Counted from the first letter of the stretch, positions 37,080 to 46,119 are shown. The stretch: DNA of 64,000 nucleotides from Candidatus Binatia bacterium (GCA_035295465.1 DATGIZ010000042.1:91614-155613), one strand, 5' to 3'. Program-made: numbers and translations. The notes: generated by a model from the letters alone, not told the origin.

Positions 37080-37909
37080 GTCGCCACCTCCGCCGCCGCG
37101 GCGGAGAGCACGACCTCGCCCCGCTCGGTGACCGCCGTGAGCACGATGCGCCCCGGCGCCACCTGCCACATGTTCGTGGTGATCGTCTCCCCGGGGAAGA
37201 CCACGCCCGAGAAGCGCACCTCGAACGCCTTGAGCCGCGCCGGGTCGTTCCCGCACCATGCGCGCAGCACCGCGCGCCCGGCGTGGCCGAAGGTGCACAG
37301 CCCGTGGAGGATCGGGCGGTCGAAGCCGCCCATGCGGGCGAAGTCGGGGTCGGCGTGCAGCGGGTTCATGTCGCCCGAGAGGCGATAGAGCAGCGCCTGT
37401 TGCGGCAGCGTCTTCATCGCGACGACCTGGTCGGGGGCGCGATCGGGCGGGACGTTGCGCGCGCCGCTCGGGCCGCGGTCGCCGCCGAAGCCGCCCTCGC
37501 CGCGGACGAAGATGCTCGATGTGTTGCGGAAGAGCAGCGCGCCCCGCGCGTCGACCGTATCGGTCTCGACCACCACGACCGCTCCCTTGCCCTTGTCGTA
37601 GACCGCCCTGATCGTCGGTGTGGTGGTCACGGTGCCGCTCGTCGGGATGGTCGCGTGCAGCTCGATGCGCTGCTCCCCGTGGAGCACCATCGCGGGGTTC
37701 ACCTGCATCGCGCCGCCGAGGTTCATCATCGCCGGGAAGGACGGGATCACCGCGAAGGTCGGCAGCACGCGCAGGTCGCGCTCGTAGACGAACCGGAGGT
37801 CCTCGGGACCGGCGCCGACGCCGAGCGCGTAGAGCATCACGTCGCGCTCCGTGTAGGCGTGGGCCACCGGTGACAGCTTCTTGCCAACGTAGGACAGATC
37901 GATCGGCAT
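37076..37909 (-). CDS. MaoC-like (R)-specific enoyl-CoA hydratase with two hotdog folds.
   Basis: It has the hydratase-2 motif (...LYRLSGDMNPLHADPDFARMGGFDRPILHGLCTFG...) and an N-terminal degenerate hotdog. A GGGAGG ribosome-binding site precedes the ATG at 37909. Confidence 0.8.
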   Translation of the reverse strand: MPIDLSYVGKKLSPVAHAYTERDVMLYALGVGAGPEDLRFVYERDLRVLPTFAVIPSFPAMMNLGGAMQVNPAMVLHGEQRIELHATIPTSGTVTTTPTIRAVYDKGKGAVVVVETDTVDARGALLFRNTSSIFVRGEGGFGGDRGPSGARNVPPDRAPDQVVAMKTLPQQALLYRLSGDMNPLHADPDFARMGGFDRPILHGLCTFGHAGRAVLRAWCGNDPARLKAFEVRFSGVVFPGETITTNMWQVAPGRIVLTAVTERGEVVLSAAAAEVAT

Positions 37910-37939
37910 GGCGCCTCCCGGGGCGCGAGAGTTCCGCGA

Positions 37940-37956
37940 TTGACGGGTCAGGTCAA
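37940..37956. promoter_or_regulatory. Inverted/direct repeat TTGACGGGTCAGGTCAA in the 67-nt divergent region between the MaoC-hydratase and SDR genes; candidate operator/promoter.
   Basis: TTGAC...GTCAA is an inverted repeat, and GGTCAGGTCA is a direct repeat. TTGACG is also a good -35 for the + strand gene. Confidence 0.25.
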
Positions 37957-37976
37957 GGCCGCCTACAACCGCCGCC

Positions 37977-38720
37977 GTGGCGGGCGAGCTCGCGGGGCGC
38001 TGCGCCGTGGTGACGGGCGCGTCGAGCGGCATCGGGGCGGCGGCTGCGCGGGCGCTCGCACGCGCCGGGGCCGCGCTGGTGCTCGGCGCGCGGCGCGCCG
38101 AGCGGCTCGACGCGCTCGCCGCCGAGCTGCGTGCGGCGGGCGCCGCGGTGGCGACGCGGCGGACCGACGTGCGGCGCGAGGAGGACGTGGTCGGGCTCGT
38201 CGCGCTCGCGCGCGAGCGCTTCGGCGGCGTCGACGTGCTCGTCAACAACGCGGGGCTCGGCCGGGCCGCGCCGGTGAGCAGCGCGCCGACGGAGCCCTGG
38301 CGCGAGATGCTCGAGGTGAACGTGCTCGGGCTGCTGATCGCCACCCGCGAGGCGATCCGCGACATGGAGCGTCGCGGCGTGGCCGGCCACGTGGTGAACG
38401 TCGCCTCGATGGCGTCCCACCGCGTACCCGGCCCGGACGCGGCGGTCTACGCCGGGACCAAGTTCGCGGTGCGGGCGATCACCGAGGGGCTGCGCCAGGA
38501 GCTGCGCGCGCGCCGGAGCCCGATCCGCGTCTCGGCCGTGTCGCCGGGGCACGTCGAGACGGAGTTCGCCGAGGGGTTCTCGGGGTCGAGCGAGGTGTAC
38601 CGCCGCCTGAAGGCGCTCGCGGCCGACGACGTCGCCGCCGCGATCGTCTGGATCGTGACCCGCCCGGCCCACGTCGAGGTCCACGACGTGCTCGTGCGCC
38701 CGACGGCGCAGCGGAACTGA
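37977..38720 (+). CDS. Short-chain dehydrogenase/reductase (SDR).
   Basis: It has the cofactor-binding motif TGASSGIGAAAARALA, the NNAG motif and a YAGTK catalytic motif. The start is GTG. Confidence 0.85.
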   Translation: MAGELAGRCAVVTGASSGIGAAAARALARAGAALVLGARRAERLDALAAELRAAGAAVATRRTDVRREEDVVGLVALARERFGGVDVLVNNAGLGRAAPVSSAPTEPWREMLEVNVLGLLIATREAIRDMERRGVAGHVVNVASMASHRVPGPDAAVYAGTKFAVRAITEGLRQELRARRSPIRVSAVSPGHVETEFAEGFSGSSEVYRRLKALAADDVAAAIVWIVTRPAHVEVHDVLVRPTAQRN

Positions 38721-38815
38721 CCCGGCTCGCCGCGCGCCGCACGCAGCGCCCTCGGTCGGTGAATACGGCGGCCCGTATTGACGTCGACGGTGAGGTGCGA
38801 CACGTTGGGGGAGCG

Positions 38816-40264
38816 ATGGGCGCATCCGGCCGTGTCGTGATGGTGTCGCATCGCGCACCGGTGGAGGTCGAGCCCGACGGGGGCGGCGGGCGCATGAAGC
38901 GCACCGTTGGCGGCCTCGCCACGGCGCTCACCGACGCGCTGCGCGCGCCGGGTGGCACGTGGGTGGCGTGGGCCGGCGAGGCCGCCCCCGACGTGCTCGT
39001 GCCGGACGCCACCGGGCTCTCGTTCCCGATCCGCGCCGTGCCGCTCGACCGGCACGAGATCGACAACTACTACGCGGGGTTCGCCAATCAGGTCCTCTGG
39101 CCGCTCTGTCACATCTTCCCCGACCGCTGCCACTTCAGGCCCGCCTTCTGGGAGTCCTATCAGCACGCCAACGAGCGCTTCGCCGGCGCGGTCCGCGCGG
39201 AGGTCCGCCGCGGCGACCTCGTGTGGGTGAACGACTTCCACCTCTGCCTCGTCCCGGGCCTGCTGCGGGCGAGCGCGGTGCCCGCGCGCCTGGGCATCTT
39301 CTGGCACATCCCCTTCCCGCCGCCGGCGGTCTTCGGCATCTGCCGCTGGCGGGCCGAGCTGCTCGCCGGCCTGCTCGGCGCCGACGTCATCGGGCTGCAG
39401 ACCGCCGCCGACGCCCGCAACTTCGCCGCGTGCGTCCGGCAGTTCCTCGAGCTGCCGATCCTCGACGACCCGCTGCGGGTGCGGCTGCCGGGCCGCGACG
39501 TGCACCTGCTCGTCCTGCCGGTGGGCGTCGACGCCGCCCGCTTCCGCGCCCAGGCGGCCGACCCCGCGATCCGCGAGCAGGCCGCACGCGTGCGCGCCAA
39601 CCTGGGGACGGACCTCGTCTGCCTCGGCGTCGATCGCCTCGACTACACCAAGGGCATCATCGAGCGGCTGCTCGGCTTCGAGGCGTTCCTCGAGCGGCAT
39701 CCTTCGTGGCGAGGCCGGGTGGGCCTCCTCCAGATCACCGTACCCTCCCGCTTCCGCGTGCCCGACTACCGCGACATGAAGCGCACCATCGACGAGACCG
39801 TCGGCCGCATCGTCGGTCGCTTCACGCACGAGGGGCGTGCACCGCTCGCCTACCTCTACACGGCGTTCGACCACGAGGAGCTGGCGGCCTACTATGTCGC
39901 CGCCGACGTCGCGCTGGTCACTCCGCTGCGCGACGGCATGAACCTGGTCGCGAAGGAGTACGTCGCCTGTCACGCCGGCGGGGACGGTGTGCTCGTCCTT
40001 TCGGAGTTCGCGGGCGCCGCCGACGAGCTGCGCGAGGCCCTGCTCGTCAACCCGTGGGACGCGCAGACGATCCGCCGCCAGATCGACCTGGCCGTGACCA
40101 TGACCGACGGCGAGCGGCGCCGGCGCATGGGCGCGCTCGCGGCGAGGGTGTGCGCCCGCGACGTGCGCTGGTGGGCGGCCGCTTTTCTCGCGGCGCTCGC
40201 CGACGGCGCGGATGCTTCTCCGGAGGCGCGGCACGACGACCTCGAGCTGCCGGGCCTCGCCTGA
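38816..40264 (+). CDS. otsA: Trehalose-6-phosphate synthase (GT20, OtsA).
   Basis: The N-terminus RVVMVSHRAPV...GGLATAL...WVAWAGE parallels E. coli OtsA (RLVVVSNRIAP...GGLAVGIL...WFGWSGE). GT20 blocks are present (…YYAGFANQVLWPLCH…WVNDFHL…). Confidence 0.85.
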   Translation: MGASGRVVMVSHRAPVEVEPDGGGGRMKRTVGGLATALTDALRAPGGTWVAWAGEAAPDVLVPDATGLSFPIRAVPLDRHEIDNYYAGFANQVLWPLCHIFPDRCHFRPAFWESYQHANERFAGAVRAEVRRGDLVWVNDFHLCLVPGLLRASAVPARLGIFWHIPFPPPAVFGICRWRAELLAGLLGADVIGLQTAADARNFAACVRQFLELPILDDPLRVRLPGRDVHLLVLPVGVDAARFRAQAADPAIREQAARVRANLGTDLVCLGVDRLDYTKGIIERLLGFEAFLERHPSWRGRVGLLQITVPSRFRVPDYRDMKRTIDETVGRIVGRFTHEGRAPLAYLYTAFDHEELAAYYVAADVALVTPLRDGMNLVAKEYVACHAGGDGVLVLSEFAGAADELREALLVNPWDAQTIRRQIDLAVTMTDGERRRRMGALAARVCARDVRWWAAAFLAALADGADASPEARHDDLELPGLA

Positions 40265-40270
40265 CGCCGC

Positions 40271-40942
40271 ATGCCCTCGGTCGCCTCTGCGCCCTTCCAG
40301 TTCCGGACGCGCCTCACCCTTACCAAGCTCACCGGCCGGCAGGCGGCGGATCTCCCCCAGCTCGTCGGCCACCTGCGGGCCGTGCCGCTGTCGGTGGTCT
40401 TCCACCACACGCACCACTTCCTCGTCCAGCACCTCCACCTCTCGCCCGAGCCGCCCAACGACTTCGCCTTCTGGGTGACCAACGTGCTCCAGGAGGACCA
40501 GCTCGGCGAGCAGCTCGCGGCGATCGACACCGTCGGATTCGCGACGCTCGCGGCGCTGCGCGACCGGATCGTGGCCGTGATCGAGGCCTACCTCGAGCAG
40601 AGCCGCTCGCTGCGCGAGGCACCCCCCGGCGAGGAGTTCCACTTCCGCGACGGCATTTCCTTCGTGCTGCCGACGGCTTATCGCGTCCGCACGCTCGAGG
40701 AGTTCGCCGAGGCGCTGCGTGCGGTCGGCGCGGCGACCATCGCCTACCACCTCTTCGAGGCGCGGCTGCGGCTCGGCGCCGACGACAACGACTTCTCGCG
40801 CTGGCTCGAGCAGGCGCTCGGCGAGCGCGAGGCCGCGGCGGCGATCCGCCGCCTCGATCCGTACACGTTCACGATGGAGGGCCTGCGCCGGCGGCTGATC
40901 GAGCTGGTCGCGCCGGGGCCGGCGGGCCGGGGCGCGCGGTGA
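40271..40942 (+). CDS. Hypothetical protein (223 aa) between otsA and treT; possibly DUF5752-like.
   Basis: It starts 6 nt after otsA and ends in a GTGA overlap with treT. It is His-rich near the N-terminus (VVFHHTHHFLVQHLHL). GC3 is high. Confidence 0.5.
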   Translation: MPSVASAPFQFRTRLTLTKLTGRQAADLPQLVGHLRAVPLSVVFHHTHHFLVQHLHLSPEPPNDFAFWVTNVLQEDQLGEQLAAIDTVGFATLAALRDRIVAVIEAYLEQSRSLREAPPGEEFHFRDGISFVLPTAYRVRTLEEFAEALRAVGAATIAYHLFEARLRLGADDNDFSRWLEQALGEREAAAAIRRLDPYTFTMEGLRRRLIELVAPGPAGRGAR

Positions 40943-42165
40943 CGGTGGGGCTCGACGACTACGAGCCGTTCGTCGGGCGCGGCACCCTCGACGAGCTGCG
41001 GCTGCTCGGCAAGGCGCTGCACGGCCGGCGCGTCCAGCACGTCAACTCGACCGCGGTCGGCGGCGGGGTCGCCGAGATCCTCACGCGGCTCGTGCCCCTG
41101 CTGCGCGAGCTCGGCGTGGAGACCCGCTGGGACGTCATCCACGGCGGCGAGGAGTTCTTCGCGGTGACCAAGAAGCTCCACAACGCGCTGCACGGCCAGC
41201 CGCTCGTCTTCGACGCCCGCGACGCGGAGGTCATGCGCGAGACCACCGCCGAGAACCTCCGCAGTCTCGACCTCGGCCCGGACATCGTGTTCATCCACGA
41301 TCCGCAGCCGGTCGAGCTGGTCGCCGGCGCGCCGAGGGGCTCGCGCTGGCTCTGGCGCTGCCACATCGACGTCTCGGCCCCGGCGCCGTCGGCGTGGGAG
41401 TTCCTGCAGCCGTGGGTGGAGCGCTACCGGGCCGCGGTCTTCTCCGCGCCGCAGTTCGCCCGTCCGCTCTCGATCGACCAGGTGCTGATCGCGCCGTCGA
41501 TCGACCCGCTCACCGAGAAGAACCGCGAGCTCGACGCGGCGACGATCGCCAAGGTCGTCACCGGGCTCGGCATCGACCCCGAGCGCCCGCTCGTCACGCA
41601 GGTCTCGCGCTTCGATCGCCTGAAGGACCCGCTCGGCGTGATCGAGGCGTACCGTCTGGTGCGCCGCTACAACGACTGCCAACTGCTGCTCGTCGGCGGC
41701 TCGGCCACCGACGACCCCGAGGGGAGCCAGGTGCTCGCGGAGTGCCGCGCGGCCGCAGCGGACGATCCCGACGTGCACGTCGTCGAGCTGCCGCCGACGG
41801 CGAACCTCGAGATCAACGCGCTCCAGCGGGCGTCGACGGTGATCGTGCAGAAGTCGCTGCGCGAAGGGTTCGGGCTCACGGTCGCCGAGGCGCTGTGGAA
41901 GGGCAAGCCGGTGGTCGCCGGCGCGGTGGGCGGCATCCCGCTCCAGGTCACGCACCGCTACTCGGGCATCCTCACGCACACGATCGAGGGCTGCGCCTAC
42001 TGGCTCAAGCAGCTCCTCAACGCCCCCGAGTTCGCCCGCCGCCTCGGCGAGAACGGGCGCGAGCACGTGCGCAACAACTTCCTGATGACCCGTCATCTCC
42101 GCGACTACATGCTGCTCTTCCTCTCGCTCGACCACCCCGGCGAGAGCCTGGTGCGTCTCGGCTAG
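40939..42165 (+). CDS. treT: TreT-like GT4 glycosyltransferase (trehalose glycosyltransferring synthase).
   Basis: The N-terminus GTLDELRLLGKALHGRRVQHVNSTAVGGGVAEILTRLVPLLRELGVETRWDVIHGGEEFFAVTKKLHNALHG closely parallels archaeal TreT (…RILHINSTSFGGGVAEIL…LVPLLRS…FFEITKKIHNALQG). There is also a C-terminal GT4 E-x7-E-like region. Confidence 0.75.
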   Translation: MTVGLDDYEPFVGRGTLDELRLLGKALHGRRVQHVNSTAVGGGVAEILTRLVPLLRELGVETRWDVIHGGEEFFAVTKKLHNALHGQPLVFDARDAEVMRETTAENLRSLDLGPDIVFIHDPQPVELVAGAPRGSRWLWRCHIDVSAPAPSAWEFLQPWVERYRAAVFSAPQFARPLSIDQVLIAPSIDPLTEKNRELDAATIAKVVTGLGIDPERPLVTQVSRFDRLKDPLGVIEAYRLVRRYNDCQLLLVGGSATDDPEGSQVLAECRAAAADDPDVHVVELPPTANLEINALQRASTVIVQKSLREGFGLTVAEALWKGKPVVAGAVGGIPLQVTHRYSGILTHTIEGCAYWLKQLLNAPEFARRLGENGREHVRNNFLMTRHLRDYMLLFLSLDHPGESLVRLG

Positions 42166-42797
42166 ACGGCGGCCTGCCGGGCGAGGAACGCCGCGGTGCG
42201 TTCCCACATGGGCTCGAGCACCTCGGTGAGCTCGTGGCCCGCGTCGAGCACGACCAGTTCCCGGTTCGGTCTTGCGGCAGCGAAGCGCTCGACGGCGGCG
42301 AGCGGCACCGCGTCGTCGCGCCGGCCGGCGAAGACGAGCGCGGGACAGGGGGGATCGGGCCAGGCGGGATGCGCGCGCGCGTCGTCGAGGAGGGCGATCG
42401 CCAGCGGGACCTCGCGCCCGAGGCCGTAGTGCATCACCGGCGTCGTGCCCGCGGCGCGCCAGCGGGCGAGCGCCGCCGACCCGAGGCGCTCTTCCCAACG
42501 CCGGGCGAAGTCGAACGCCGGCGCGAAGAGCACGAGGGCGGGCACGCGCGCGGGCGCACGCGCGGCGGCGAGCGCGGCGAGGTAGCCGCCGAGGCTCGAG
42601 CCGAGCAGCACCGTCGGCGCCTGCGCGAGCAGCGGCTCGACGATCCCGAGCATGCCGCTCACCGTGACGTGGGTGAAGTCGGGGGCGAGGTCGGGGACCG
42701 CGAGCGCGAGCCCGCGCTCGGCCAAGCGGGCGCGGAAGAACCGCGCCTTCGTGCTCGCCGGGCCCGAGGCGAAGCCGTGGAGGTAGGCGGCGGTCAC
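42162..42797 (-). CDS. Alpha/beta-hydrolase, YqiA-like esterase.
   Basis: Pattern: MTAAYLHGFASGPASTKA...LLGSSLGGYLAA...GHEL. Confidence 0.65.
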   Translation of the reverse strand: MTAAYLHGFASGPASTKARFFRARLAERGLALAVPDLAPDFTHVTVSGMLGIVEPLLAQAPTVLLGSSLGGYLAALAAARAPARVPALVLFAPAFDFARRWEERLGSAALARWRAAGTTPVMHYGLGREVPLAIALLDDARAHPAWPDPPCPALVFAGRRDDAVPLAAVERFAAARPNRELVVLDAGHELTEVLEPMWERTAAFLARQAAV

Positions 42798-42804
42798 GCG
42801 GCGC

Positions 42805-43950
42805 TCAGTACCCGTCGATCGTCGCCAGGCGCTCGCGGTGGAAGCGGGGATCGCCGAACAGCGCCTCGCTCAGGTGCGCGCGCTTGAACCACAGGTGCAG
42901 ATCGTGCTCCCACGTGAAGCCGATGCCGCCGTGCACCTCGACGGCGCGGCGGGTGGTGCGGCTGTAGACGTCGCCGAGGCTCGCCTTCGCCATCGCCGCG
43001 AGCCGCGCGGCCTCGCGCGGGCGGCGATCGAGCGCGTGGGCGGCGTACCACACGAGCGAGCGCGCCGGCTCGACCTCGGCGACCATCTCCGCCAGCAGGT
43101 GCTTGATCGCCTGGAAGGAGCCGATCTTCCGCCCGAACTGCTCGCGCACCTGCGCATAGGCGACGGCCATCTCGAGCGCGCGCGCGGCGCCGCCGAGGCT
43201 GTCCGCCGCGACGCCGACGCAGGCGACGTCGAGCAGGCGCGCGAGCAGCGGCCAGCCTCCGCCGTCGGGCCCGAGGAGCGCGTCCGGTCCCACCTCGACG
43301 TCGTGCAGCACGACCTCGCCGATCCTTCGCGTGAGGTCCATCGTCTCCTGTGACCGCACGCGTAGCCCCGGGGCCGCGCGCTCGACGAGGAAGAGCGACA
43401 CGCCCGCCGACCCCGGCCCGGCCTTCCCGCGCGCGGCCACCAGCAGCACGTCGGCGCCCGGCGCCTCGAGCGCGAAGAGCTTGGTTCCCCCGAGCCGCCA
43501 GCCGCCGCGGGTGCGGCGCGCGGTCGCCTCGATGCCGGCCGGGTCGTGCTGGTCGCTCTCCTCGAGGTAGGCGAGCGCGGCGAACGCTTCGCCCGCCGTC
43601 AGGCGGGGCAGCCAGGCGCGGCGCTGGGCCGCGCTGCCCGCGCGCACGAGCGCGGCGATCACGAGCTGGGTGGAGAGGAACGGCCCGGGCGCCGCGACGC
43701 GGCCCAGCTCTTCGAGCACGAGCGCCAGGTCGAGAATCCCGAGCCCGACGCCGCCCTCGCGCTCGGGCACGAGGAGCCCGAACCACCCCTGCTCGGCCAT
43801 CCGCCGGTAGAGCCCGCGCGGCACGCCGTCGGCTGCCTTCGCCGTCTCGCGCACCAGCGCCGGGGGGCACTCGGCCGCGAGGAGCTCGCGCGCCGCCGCC
43901 TGGAGCGCGGTCTGCTCCTCGGAGAGGCCGAAGTCGATCATCGCACGCCC
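42805..43950 (-). CDS. Acyl-CoA dehydrogenase family protein, downstream member of a second tandem pair.
   Basis: ACAD motifs are present (…FLSTQLVIAAL…FQAIKHLLAEMV…HGGIGFTWEHDLHLWFKRAHL). Its ATG at 43950 overlaps the upstream ACAD by 13 nt. Confidence 0.8.
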   Translation of the reverse strand, partial: GRAMIDFGLSEEQTALQAAARELLAAECPPALVRETAKAADGVPRGLYRRMAEQGWFGLLVPEREGGVGLGILDLALVLEELGRVAAPGPFLSTQLVIAALVRAGSAAQRRAWLPRLTAGEAFAALAYLEESDQHDPAGIEATARRTRGGWRLGGTKLFALEAPGADVLLVAARGKAGPGSAGVSLFLVERAAPGLRVRSQETMDLTRRIGEVVLHDVEVGPDALLGPDGGGWPLLARLLDVACVGVAADSLGGAARALEMAVAYAQVREQFGRKIGSFQAIKHLLAEMVAEVEPARSLVWYAAHALDRRPREAARLAAMAKASLGDVYSRTTRRAVEVHGGIGFTWEHDLHLWFKRAHLSEALFGDPRFHRERLATIDGY

Positions 43951-45146
43951 TCCGGCCGCGGCTCGCGCGGCAGGCCGAGCCCGCGCTCGGCGATGATGTT
44001 CTTCTGGATCTGCGCGGTGCCGCCGCCGATGACGAGCCCGAGCGAGAACATGAAGTCGAGCGGCCAGAGCCCGTGGTCGCGCACGCGCCGATCGTTCTTC
44101 GCGAGCCAGCCGTAGGAGCCCATGAGCTCGATGGCGGCGCGGGCGAGGTCGTGGTTGAGCTCGCAGGAGACGAGCTTGTTCACCGACGCCGAGATGCCGG
44201 GCGGCCGCTTGCGCAGCGCGTCGGTGAGCTGGCGGTAGGCCTCGAGCTTCATCGTCTCGACGCGGATCGCGAGATCGGCGAGGCGCTGGCGCACGAGCGG
44301 GTCCTCGCTCGCCGGCCGCCCGGCGCGCCGCTGCGCGCGCGCGAGCCGCCGGAGGGCATCGAAGCTCTGTTGCGTACGCGTCGTCGAGCCGAGCATGTTG
44401 CGCTCGTGGAACAGCGTCGCGTTGGCGACGTGCCAGCCGTTGTTGAGCCCGCCGACGACGTTCTCGCGCGGCACGCGCACGTCCTCGAAGAACACCTCGT
44501 TGAAGCCGGCGTCGCCGGTCATCTGCACGAGCGGCCGCACCGCGATGCCCGGCGTCCTCATGTCGATGAGGAGGTAGGAGATGCCGCGGTGCTTCGGCGC
44601 CTCGGGGTCGGTGCGCACCAGGCAGAACATCCAGTCGGCGTAATGCGCGTTCGAGGTCCAGATCTTCTGTCCGTTGACCACGAAGTGGTCGCCGACCAGC
44701 TCGGCGCGCGTGCGCAGCGAGGCCAAGTCGGAGCCGGAGCCGGGCTCGGAATAGCCTTGACACCAGATCTCCTCGGCGGTGAGGATGCGCGGGAGGTAGC
44801 GGCGGCGCTGCTCCTCGGTGCCGTGCGCGATCAGCGTCGGGCCCACCATCTGGATGCCCATCATCCCGATGATCTGCGGTGCGTGCGCCCGCGCCAGCTC
44901 CTCGTTGACGATGGTCTGGCGCATGACGTCCGCGCCCTGGCCGCCGTACTCCCGCGGCCAGCCGAGCGCCAGGTAGCCGGCTTCGTGGAGCCGGCGCTGC
45001 CAGTCCTTGGCGCGCGCGATGCGCCGCGGGTCGCCGGACTCGAACGCCGAGCGCTCGCCGCGCTCACGCTTGGGAAGGTTGCGCCGGAGCCACGCGCGCA
45101 CCTCGCGCTGGAAGGCCCGCTCCTCGGGCGTGTAGGCGAGGTCCAT
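43938..45146 (-). CDS. Acyl-CoA dehydrogenase (FadE-like), upstream member of the second tandem pair.
   Basis: Motifs: …WCQGYSEPGSGSDLASLRTRA…NGQKIWTSNAHYAD…GGGTAQIQKNIIAERGLGLP. Confidence 0.85.
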   Translation of the reverse strand: MDLAYTPEERAFQREVRAWLRRNLPKRERGERSAFESGDPRRIARAKDWQRRLHEAGYLALGWPREYGGQGADVMRQTIVNEELARAHAPQIIGMMGIQMVGPTLIAHGTEEQRRRYLPRILTAEEIWCQGYSEPGSGSDLASLRTRAELVGDHFVVNGQKIWTSNAHYADWMFCLVRTDPEAPKHRGISYLLIDMRTPGIAVRPLVQMTGDAGFNEVFFEDVRVPRENVVGGLNNGWHVANATLFHERNMLGSTTRTQQSFDALRRLARAQRRAGRPASEDPLVRQRLADLAIRVETMKLEAYRQLTDALRKRPPGISASVNKLVSCELNHDLARAAIELMGSYGWLAKNDRRVRDHGLWPLDFMFSLGLVIGGGTAQIQKNIIAERGLGLPREPRPEGVR

Positions 45147-45206
45147 CGGCCGGTTCGCCTAGCACGCGCAGCGCGGCGTTGCCAGGACGCAACCGGCGCG
45201 ACCGGG

Positions 45207-46067
45207 TCAGCGATAGAGCAGCTTCGCCAGCTCGCCGCGGTAGCGGTCGACGAGCGGGTCGTCGCTGCCGAGCACCGCGAAGACGTCGACCATCGCCTTG
45301 CGGGCGGCGCCGTCCTCGAACCCGACGTCGCGGCGCACCACCTCGAGGAGCTGGGTCAAGGCCGTCTCGTACTGCCGTTTCGCCGCGAGCGCGCGCCCCA
45401 GCGCCAGGCGGGCGGCGAGGTCACCGGGCTCGGCGACGACACGCGCGCGCAGCGCCGCCTCGTCGCCCGCGCCGTCGAGCCGGGTGCGCAGCTCGGCCGC
45501 GAGGCGCTCGGCCTCGGGGGCGACGGAAGCGTTCGGCGGCACGCGCTCGAGGAGCGCCTGCGCCTCGGCGAGCGCGCCCCGGTCGGCGAGCAGGCGCGCC
45601 AAGCCGAGCAGCGCGGGCGCGTGGCGCGGCTCCTCGGCGAGCGCGGCACGGAGCTGCGCCTCCGCCGCGGCGACGTCGCCGCCGGCGGCGAGGGCCTCGG
45701 CCGCGCGTGCGAGCCGGTCGGCCGCGGTCGGCAGCACGGCCGCGAGGAACCGGCGCACGACCGTCTCGGGCTGCGCGCCGGTCAGCTCGGCGACGATGCC
45801 CCCGGCGCGGAAGCCCTTCACCGCCGGGATGCTGCGGACCGCGTATGCCTGCGCGAGCGCCGGCGCGCGGTCGACGTCCACCTTGGCGAGCACGAAGGCG
45901 CCGGCGTGCTCGGCGGCGAGCCGCTCGAGCACCGGGCCGAGCACGCGGCACGGTCCGCACCATGCGGCCCAGAAGTCGACCACCACCGGGACCTCGCGCG
46001 AGCGCAGCAGCACCTCGCGCTCGAAGTCCCGTTCGTCGACGTCGACGACCCAGGGCTTCTCCGCCAT
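45207..46067 (-). CDS. Thioredoxin-domain protein with a C-terminal TPR-like helical domain (YbbN/CnoX-like).
   Basis: The WCGPC active site is in VVDFWAAWCGPCRVLGP. The C-terminal half is Ala/Leu-rich and helical. Confidence 0.8.
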   Translation of the reverse strand: MAEKPWVVDVDERDFEREVLLRSREVPVVVDFWAAWCGPCRVLGPVLERLAAEHAGAFVLAKVDVDRAPALAQAYAVRSIPAVKGFRAGGIVAELTGAQPETVVRRFLAAVLPTAADRLARAAEALAAGGDVAAAEAQLRAALAEEPRHAPALLGLARLLADRGALAEAQALLERVPPNASVAPEAERLAAELRTRLDGAGDEAALRARVVAEPGDLAARLALGRALAAKRQYETALTQLLEVVRRDVGFEDGAARKAMVDVFAVLGSDDPLVDRYRGELAKLLYR

Positions 46068-46089
46068 GCAGCCACGTTGCGGGATCGCG

Positions 46090-46119
46090 GCCGCGATGAC
46101 AAGCGCGCGGTGTCCGGAT
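46090..46119 (+). promoter_or_regulatory. Candidate sigma-70-type promoter, TTGACG-N18-TATAAG, upstream of kdsB.
   Basis: It is seen in the divergent spacer, and a T-run (gcggttttttcg) precedes the kdsB ATG. Confidence 0.3.
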
